NCBI GenBank assembly: GCA_000388065.2
Contig: KB932218.1
Source of the DNA: Fonticula alba ATCC 38817
Lineage: Eukaryota; Protista; Nucleariida
Strand: one strand, 5' to 3'
Length of the DNA stretch: 13,955 nucleotides
Position numbers and translations under genes: made by a program. Below the pieces are notes generated by a model. The model saw only the letters and a list, made by a program, of their open reading frames with translations, had not been told where the DNA came from and did no database searches. Of the stretch, positions 7,297 through 13,955 are shown one piece after another. Within the stretch, counting starts at the first letter, position 1; the number at the start of each line of letters is the position of its first letter.

Positions 7297-10200
7297 ATGC
7301 CAGGCCCCCCCGGCAGCCGGGGCCCGCGCCCGACCCGCCGCCTGGCGGTGGTCGTGGTTNNNNNNNNNNNNNNNNNNNNNNNNNNNNNNNNNNNNNNNNN
7401 NNNNNNNNNNNNNNNNNNNNNNNNNNNNNNNNNNNNNNNNNNNNNNNNNNNNNNNNNNNNNNNNNNNNNNNNNNNNNNNNNNNNNNNNNNNNNNNNNNNN
7501 NNNNNNNNNNNNNNNNNNNNNNNNNNNNNNNNNNNNNNNNNNNNNNNNNNNNNNNNNNNNNNNNNNNNNNNNNNNNNNNNNNNNNNNNNNNNNNNNNNNN
7601 NNNNNNNNNNNNNNNNNNNNNNNNNNNNNNNNNNNNNNNNNNNNNNNNNNNNNNNNNNNNNNNNNNNNNNNNNNNNNNNNNNNNNNNNNNNNNNNNNNNN
7701 NNNNNNNNNNNNNNNNNNNNNNNNNNNNNNNNNNNNNNNNNNNNNNNNNNNNNNNNNNNNNNNNNNNNNNNNNNNNNNNNNNNNNNNNNNNNNNNNNNNN
7801 NNNNNNNNNNNNNNNNNNNNNNNNNNNNNNNNNNNNNNNNNNNNNNNNNNNNNNNNNNNNNNNNNNNNNNNNNNNNNNNNNNNNNNNNNNNNNNNNNNNN
7901 NNNNNNNNNNNNNNNNNNNNNNNNNNNNNNNNNNNNNNNNNNNNNNNNNNNNNNNNNNNNNNNNNNNNNNNNNNNNNNNNNNNNNNNNNNNNNNNNNNNN
8001 NNNNNNNNNNNNNNNNNNNNNNNNNNNNNNNNNNNNNNNNNNNNNNNNNNNNNNNNNNNNNNNNNNNNNNNNNNNNNNNNNNNNNNNNNNNNNNNNNNNN
8101 NNNNNNNNNNNNNNNNNNNNNNNNNNNNNNNNNNNNNNNNNNNNNNNNNNNNNNNNNNNNNNNNNNNNNNNNNNNNNNNNNNNNNNNNNNNNNNNNNNNN
8201 NNNNNNNNNNNNNNNNNNNNNNNNNNNNNNNNNNNNNNNNNNNNNNNNNNNNNNNNNNNNNNNNNNNNNNNNNNNNNNNNNNNNNNNNNNNNNNCTATCT
8301 GCAGACGCACTTCACGGTGCGCACCGCGCCCGAGGGCAAGCGCCGGGGGGACTTCTCCGGCACGCGCCCGGTGCGCTTCATGCCGGGCTCCCCCGGCCGG
8401 GTGTACTGCTTCAACAAGTACCCCTTTTCGCGGACGGCGCCCGGGCCGATGGTCCCATTCCCGGGCCTGGTGACCAACCTGTCCATCCGTTTTACCTCCA
8501 TGGCTGCCGTCGGGCCGTCGTGCATCTTGCTAAATGAGGACAACACTTCGCGGGTGTACATCTCCGGCGAGAGCCTGGTTGCCCTCTTCGACGATGTCTC
8601 CCCCCCGCGCATGGACCCCCACATCCTGAGCATCGTGGATGGTTTGTTGCACCTCCGCCGGGCGGCTTCCAACTCGGGGAGCATCATACAAGACACCCTT
8701 GGCCTGGATCGCATCTCGATGCTGGCGGCCACCGACCTGGACGCCGATGGCCTGGTGGACGCGGTCATTGTGGCCCCCTCGGATGTCCTCAATCCGCACG
8801 GGACCCAGTCGCTCTTCTGGATGTCCAGCGTGCGCCTGGGCACTGGCCAGGCTCCCCCAATGGCCAACACGTCGCTGCTGTACCGGCTGCCGGCCGGCTT
8901 CCGCGCCGGGCACATCATCGTGGGGGACTTCGACGGCGACGGCCGTGCCTCGGACGTGGCCGTGGTGTCCGGCACCGGGTCCACCGTCCCGGAGCAGGTG
9001 ATCCTCCTGCTGACGTCGGACCTGGCGGCCCCGGTGCACCTGCTGCTGGCCGACATGGTCGTTGATGATTTGGCCATGGCCTCGGTGGCCGTGGACCAGC
9101 GGCAGCCGAAGATCGCCCGCGCGCCCGGGCTCGCGGCCCCGGGCCATGACAGCCTGCTGGTGGCCCACGGCAGCCGGGTGTGGCTGGTGCCGGGGCCGGT
9201 GCGGCCGGTCGGCGGCCGGCCATCGGACCTCGGCCTGCTGGAGGCCCACGGGGCCGGCCTGTTGCCGGACTTCCCCACCCACTCGGACGTCTGGTGGTCG
9301 GTGGCCACCGGGGACTTCGACGGGGATGGCCATCTGGACGTGGCCCTGGCCCACGGGTCCATGGGCGGCAAGGTGCTGCTCCTGTCGCAGGTGGCCGCCT
9401 CGCCGAACTGCCTGTGCGGCCCGGGCGCCCGCTGCCTCCATGAGGGCTTCTTCGACCAGCCCACCTGCCAGTGTCTGGACCCGAATGCGGACCCGGGCAC
9501 GGACTTCGCCCCGTGCGAGTTCTGCCGGCCGGGCTTCTTCCGGGCATCCGCCGGTGCGCGATCGTCTTCCTCCGCACACCGCACGCCCCGTCCTTCCTTT
9601 TTTTCTTTGGCCCGGCCCAGGCACATCCCACCCACCCGGTGTCCCTTTATTCGCCCGCCCGGGCGCCCGTCCCCGCTGGCGCTTCGGCACCCACTGACCC
9701 GGCATCGCAGCCTCCCTCTGCCAGGCGTGCCATGCCTCGTGTGCCTCATGCACCGGCCCGACGGCCGGCGACTGTCGGTCATGCCCGCAGGGCGTGCTCC
9801 TGCAGGGAGGCGCTTGCGTGGTGTCGCCCACCGCGCCGGTGACCGTCACGCGCGCGCCGCCCGGCACACAGGCCTTCTACGAGGCCACCCCGGCCGGGGG
9901 GTTCCCCATTCCCGGGAGCGGATTCACTTCGGCCCGTGCATTCTGGCTGGCTGCCCCATTCCAACTGGGCGTCGACACGGCGGAGGCCCACATGCGCATC
10001 CGGATAAGCTTCATGACCAACCCCTCGCCGGAGGGCGTGAGCTTCTTCAGCATGTGGTCGTCCACCGGGATGGTGGCCTTCCAGGATACCCCTCTGCAAG
10101 GGGGCCTGAAGGCGGTGGACCATGTCATGACCAACCTCCACTCGCAGCCGCTGGCCAAGTACAATCAAAAGATCCCGCTGGTTCTGAATGGCGCCAATGC

Positions 10201-13200
10201 GATGACCTGCGTCCGGAGCAATCTGGCCGGGCTGTGCCAGCGGATCCAACAAAATGACGGGATGAGTGTCGATCATTTGACGGTGGGCCGTTTGGTCGGC
10301 GAGCCCGGGCCGGATGCCGTCATGCGCGTGTACAATGGCCCGAGCTTCGGCAACCGGCAAATCAGCAACTCCACCTTCACCGCGGTGCACTGGGCCGCGG
10401 TGGACAATGACTTCGGCATCGAGACGATGGTCCTGCTGAATGACGTGACCCCGGGCGGCTGGAGCCCCGGCCAGCCGAATGCCCGGTGCGAGCTGCTGTG
10501 GTTCCCCTTCCAGGCATTCGACGTGGATCCGGTGGGTGCCTTGCCGGCGGAGGTTCTGCTGGCGGATGTCCCCTGTGGCCGGCTGATTCCGGTGCTGTCG
10601 GGCCCGGGGGCCGGGCCGCGCCCGGGTTTCCTGCTGGTGCCTTTCATGCCGGATCCCAGCACCGGGGCAGTGGTGCTGCTCCTGCGGAATGTGGCCACCG
10701 GGGCGCGCTTCCGGCCGGACTTCCCGGCCCCGGTGCCCATCCTCACGGCCGGGGACCTGGGCTACACGACCAGCACGCCGGGGCTTGGGCGGCTGGAGGC
10801 CGTGGCCGACCCGCTGGTCATGGCCCCCGGCCGGGCGCGGCTCTTCCTGCGGACCGGCATCTGGTTGCACCTGGTGGATGTGCGCTTCGATGAGGAGTCG
10901 GTCCTGGGCGATGGTCGGCCCGGTCATGGGGTGGTTGTCACCCACCAGCCGGCGGTTCCGCGGCATTCCTTCGACCGCTTTGCCGGCGGCCCGGTGACCA
11001 TGGTGGCGGTGAATGTCCAGGAGACCGGCCACTCGGCCCTGGCGCTCTTCAGCCACCTTACCCACTCGGGGGCGGTCTTCCGCCAGGGTGGCGCGGAGAA
11101 TGGCTGCGGCTGCGGGCTCCTAGGGCGCTGCGTGTGGCAGGACAACTGGCTCGAGGGGTCCATCTGCCGGCTGGGCTTCCCGGGCCCGGGGGCGGCCACG
11201 GCCGACAGCCAGCCCGAATGCGTGCCCCAAGCCACCGGCCTCCTGGTGCGGGATCTGTGTCAGTGCCTGGATGGGAGCCCGGTCGATGAGAACCACCCCT
11301 CCGGGGATCTGTGCGGCGGGTGTGGCCCGGGCTCCGGCGGGTCGGATCCGCCGATCCAAGTGACCGGCCTGGCGGCCGAGCGGGCCGAGCGGGCCGGTCG
11401 GCCGCCAGGCCACCCGAGCCAGCCGGAGCGCCGGGTAGCCGCCCCGGACGCTGGGCCGTCGCCCGACTGGCCCGGGCCAGCCGCCCGGTCCCAGTCGGCC
11501 ACCTGTGCCGCCTGCTCGGTGGAGGGTTGCCTGGTGTGCCAGGGTGTCCAGTGCATGGAGTGCCACTTGGGGCTGGTGCTGACGGAGTCCGGCCGGTGTG
11601 CTGGCCGGTGCGATGTGGCCGATGCGCCGGTTGTGGACCGGCGCAAGTGCGACGCGCGCGGCCCGGCGGACACATGGATCCCGGCGCAGCATGTCCCCCT
11701 GCACCCGGCGTGGGCCGGCATGGAGGCCCTGCAAATATCGCGGCTGCGAGTGGCCCACTCGTCCGAGGGCGATGCGCTGCCGCTGCTGTCTTCGGCCAAC
11801 TTCCTGCACCTGGGCTACACCCGGGCGGAGGACGGCCAGCGGGAGCACTGGATGGTGTCGGTGGGGCAGCTGCTGCAGGATGGTCGGCCGGCCGAGCCGC
11901 GTGCTGTGCGGCCCTCCGAGGCTCTGGCCTTCATGCGCATCTATTGCGACGGCGCCGCCGCCGGTGGGAGCCAGGCTGCCGGGGTGGCCGCCGTCGGCTT
12001 GGCGGCAGCCTCGCGCACACGGGCCACCGGTCTCCCGCCGGGCCGCCCCCTGTTGTTGCCCTGGGGCCGCCCCTCCGACCGGCCTGCCATCGGGCATTCG
12101 GCCGGCCGGTCGACCGTGCAGGCTGGCGCCACGGCCACCGGCGCCGGTCGCCCGGTCACCTGGGACACCGTGCCGGTGGAGCATATTTCGGCCTTCTCGC
12201 AGGCCGTGAATCTGCCCTGGCTCGGTGGGCTGACGGCCGAGCCGCCAGCCGGCGAGGCCATCCGGCCTCCCGGCACGGGGTCCTTCCCGCCGGGGCTGGC
12301 CAAGCAGGCCGTCAGCCATGTGTCCGGCGTCACCCCCTTCCTGCTGGCCGTGGAGGCCGGGCCGCCATCGGCCCTCGGGGCAACACATCCTGTGTCAGTT
12401 TGCACGATCACCGGCCAGCCGATTGGCGCCCAGTCGCACATTCTGGTCTCCCGACACTCGGGGCTCGACCTGTCGGATGCGCCGGTGGACATGATGAGCA
12501 CCTGCCTCGTGGCCACCCTGGCGATGCCCTACCCGGCGGAGGAGGTCTTCCTGGAGCCGGCGGCCCTGGCCGCGGGGCTCGGCCTCCTGGCCATGGGATT
12601 TGTGCGCGTGCCGCCGGCCGCACTGCCGGGCACCCGGCAGGACATCCACCTGCTAATGGTCGAGGGCATGCCCTTGCTGGACAGGAGCCCGCTGCAGGGG
12701 TGTGAATACGTGCTGGTCGAGGCGTCACCCCGGGGCCCGGGCTCGTTGCCGCATTACCAACAGACCTCCAATATGGCCAACCTAACGGGCATGGGGCAGA
12801 TGCTGCAGCTGGCATCCATACGGGACCTGATCCCCTGGCATCCGGTCGAGCAGCCGGGGCTTCTCTGGATGCAGGACGCCAAGTCGTGCATCTGGCCATT
12901 GGACCCGGGCGATCGGCACATCACCAACGTCGTCCTGTCCTTGTCGCTGGTCGATTTCGCGAGTCAGGCCGTCCTCCTCCGGGCCGATGGGCTGCCGGAC
13001 AGCATTGTCCTGGTGGACCTGGAGTGCATCCGGCTGAATGTGTGCCAGCAGTTTTCGGACCCCTCGGCCGGCAGCGGCAGCGGCAGCGCCAGGACCACCG
13101 ACGCCGCGGGCCCCGGCGGCTCTGTCACCGGGCAAGGCAGCGACAGCAGCCACGGCAGCCACGGCAGCGCGACTCGCAATGGCTATGGCTGCCCGATGAG

Positions 13201-13955
13201 CGTGATGGAGAGCGACCCCATCACCGGCGACGTGCAGCTGCAGACGCATGACGTCGATGCCGATGGGCTGATGGATTATGTCCTGGTCCATCGGGACACC
13301 GGCCGGGTGGTGTTCTTCCTGGCCCAGATCGGCGCCCGGGGGGCCTTCCGTCGGGTGGTCGTCCTCCCGGGCCGGATGGCGGCCGCCACCGGTGGCAGCC
13401 TCCCCCCGCCGCCGGACATCCTGGTGGCTGATGTCGACCAGGATGGCCACATGGACGTGGTGGTGGTGGACCGGTCGGCCGACGGCCGCGAGGCCAGCCT
13501 CACGGTGTACGGCCGGGCCGACCAGACCGAGGCCTGGTGCCCGCCCGGGGTGGAGTTCGACCCGGTGGCCGGTCGGTGCGTCTGCCCCGGGGCCGGGCGC
13601 TTCATCAACCCGGCGACCGGCAAGTGCCAGTGCGTTGAGCACGCGGTGCCGGCCGGGCCGGGCGCCGTGGACTGCATTTGCCCGGCCGGCATGCAGGCCG
13701 CCCTGTCGGCGTGCGTCTGCCAGCCGGGGCTGCTCCCGGTCGCCGATGAGGCCACCAGCAGGGCCATCTCGCCGCCCCGGTGCGAGGCCTGCCATGGCAG
13801 CTGTGCCACCTGCTCGGCCACCCGGCCGGGGCTGTGCGCCGGCTGCCCGGCCGGGCGCCTGCTCCAGGCCGGCGCCTGCGTGGCCGCCTGCAGCCCGGGC
13901 TTCGGGCCCTCGGCCGACGGGCGCCGGTGCGAGGCGTGTGCGGCCTCCTGCACCG
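7297..13955 (+). CDS. Giant FG-GAP/VCBS-repeat + EGF-like/furin-like Cys-rich cell-surface protein (probable receptor ectodomain), 3'-partial; coding segments 7297-(gap)-9553 and 9711->13955
   Basis: Five D-x-D-x-D-G-x-x-D motifs (8734, 8926, 9313, 13250, 13430). Three Cys-rich clusters with CxxCHxSCxxC-type furin-like repeats. Several N-glycosylation sequons (NLS, NTS, NST, NLT). Strong G/C third-position bias. Manual translation finds no stop in the 9713 frame to 13955. The start at 7297 (MPGPPGSRGPRPTRRLAVVVV) is inferred. Confidence 0.88.
7360..8294. other. Assembly gap (935 N), probably within the N-terminal coding region of the large gene
   Basis: Run of N between a putative signal-peptide start and clearly coding sequence. 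Confidence 1.
8296..9553 (+). CDS. Post-gap part of exon: FG-GAP/VCBS beta-propeller unit 1 + EGF-like Cys-rich segment
   Basis: YLQTHF... with ATDLDADGLVDAVIV, VGDFDGDGRASDVAVV, ATGDFDGDGHLDVALAHG, then CLCGPGARC...CQCLD...CEFCRPGFF. Confidence 0.9.
9554..9710 (+). other. Spliceosomal intron in large gene (157 nt, phase 1)
   Basis: G|GTGCGC donor, pyrimidine-rich interior, CACTGAC at 9692-9698, CGCAG acceptor at 9710; splicing yields ...PGFFRASA/ASLCQACHASCASCTGPTAGDCRSCP, a furin-like repeat. Confidence 0.85.
9711..13955 (+). CDS. About 1,414-codon uninterrupted exon (absent from the ORF track) encoding furin-like repeats, two further large blocks and FG-GAP motifs
   Basis: Translated by hand line by line in the frame starting 9713, with no stop. 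Includes CQACHASCASC (about 9719), GCGCGLLGRC (11102), CAACSVEGCLVC (11504), DVDADGLMD (13250), DVDQDGHMD (13430) and CEACHGSCATCSATRPGLCAGCPAGRLLQAGACVAACSPGF (about 13781). Confidence 0.9.

Noticed and set aside
8344-8352. RGD integrin-ligand motif in the FG-GAP protein (KRRGDF)
   Set aside because: Arg and Gly are very frequent in this GC-rich proteome, and RGD also occurs in the cytosolic kinase exon (LLRGDL), so chance occurrence is likely.
6979-10257. 1092-aa ORF taken as a complete protein
   Set aside because: It spans a 935-N gap, probably starts upstream of the real ATG, and after 9553 reads through an intron into a non-native frame. Only about 7297-9553 is credible as the main product.
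12557-12604. Hydrophobic stretch PAALAAGLGLLAMGFV as a transmembrane helix
   Set aside because: It is short and Gly/Ala-rich, and extracellular-type FG-GAP and disulfide-rich repeats follow it, so a TM segment here would give an implausible topology.
8295-13953. Long minus-strand ORFs opposite the large gene (495, 445, 428, 422, 337 aa and others)
   Set aside because: Antisense shadows of a GC3-rich coding strand; no independent motifs.

Overview
Very GC-rich eukaryotic draft-assembly DNA with short spliceosomal introns (GTGCG donors, CTGAC branch points). The style resembles Fonticula-type protist genomes; this is an inference, not a database match. From left to right: (1) the 3' four exons of a protein kinase gene (+, TAA at 1097-1099); (2) an intact tRNA-Ala(AGC) on the - strand (1490-1562); (3) about 5.7 kb with no confidently assignable gene, containing microsatellites, an Illumina-adapter-joined 130-bp duplication (assembly artefact), a 59-bp tandem duplication and a 124-N gap; (4) a very large + strand gene, probably starting at 7297 and interrupted by a 935-N gap. 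After one intron (9554-9710) it continues as a stop-free exon of about 1,414 codons to the window end, which the supplied ORF track omits. The predicted product is a giant extracellular protein of three tandem units, each a roughly 370-620-aa FG-GAP/VCBS-type or unassigned block followed by EGF-like/furin-like Cys-rich repeats. It is plausibly a receptor ectodomain. Most listed ORFs are GC-rich shadow frames.
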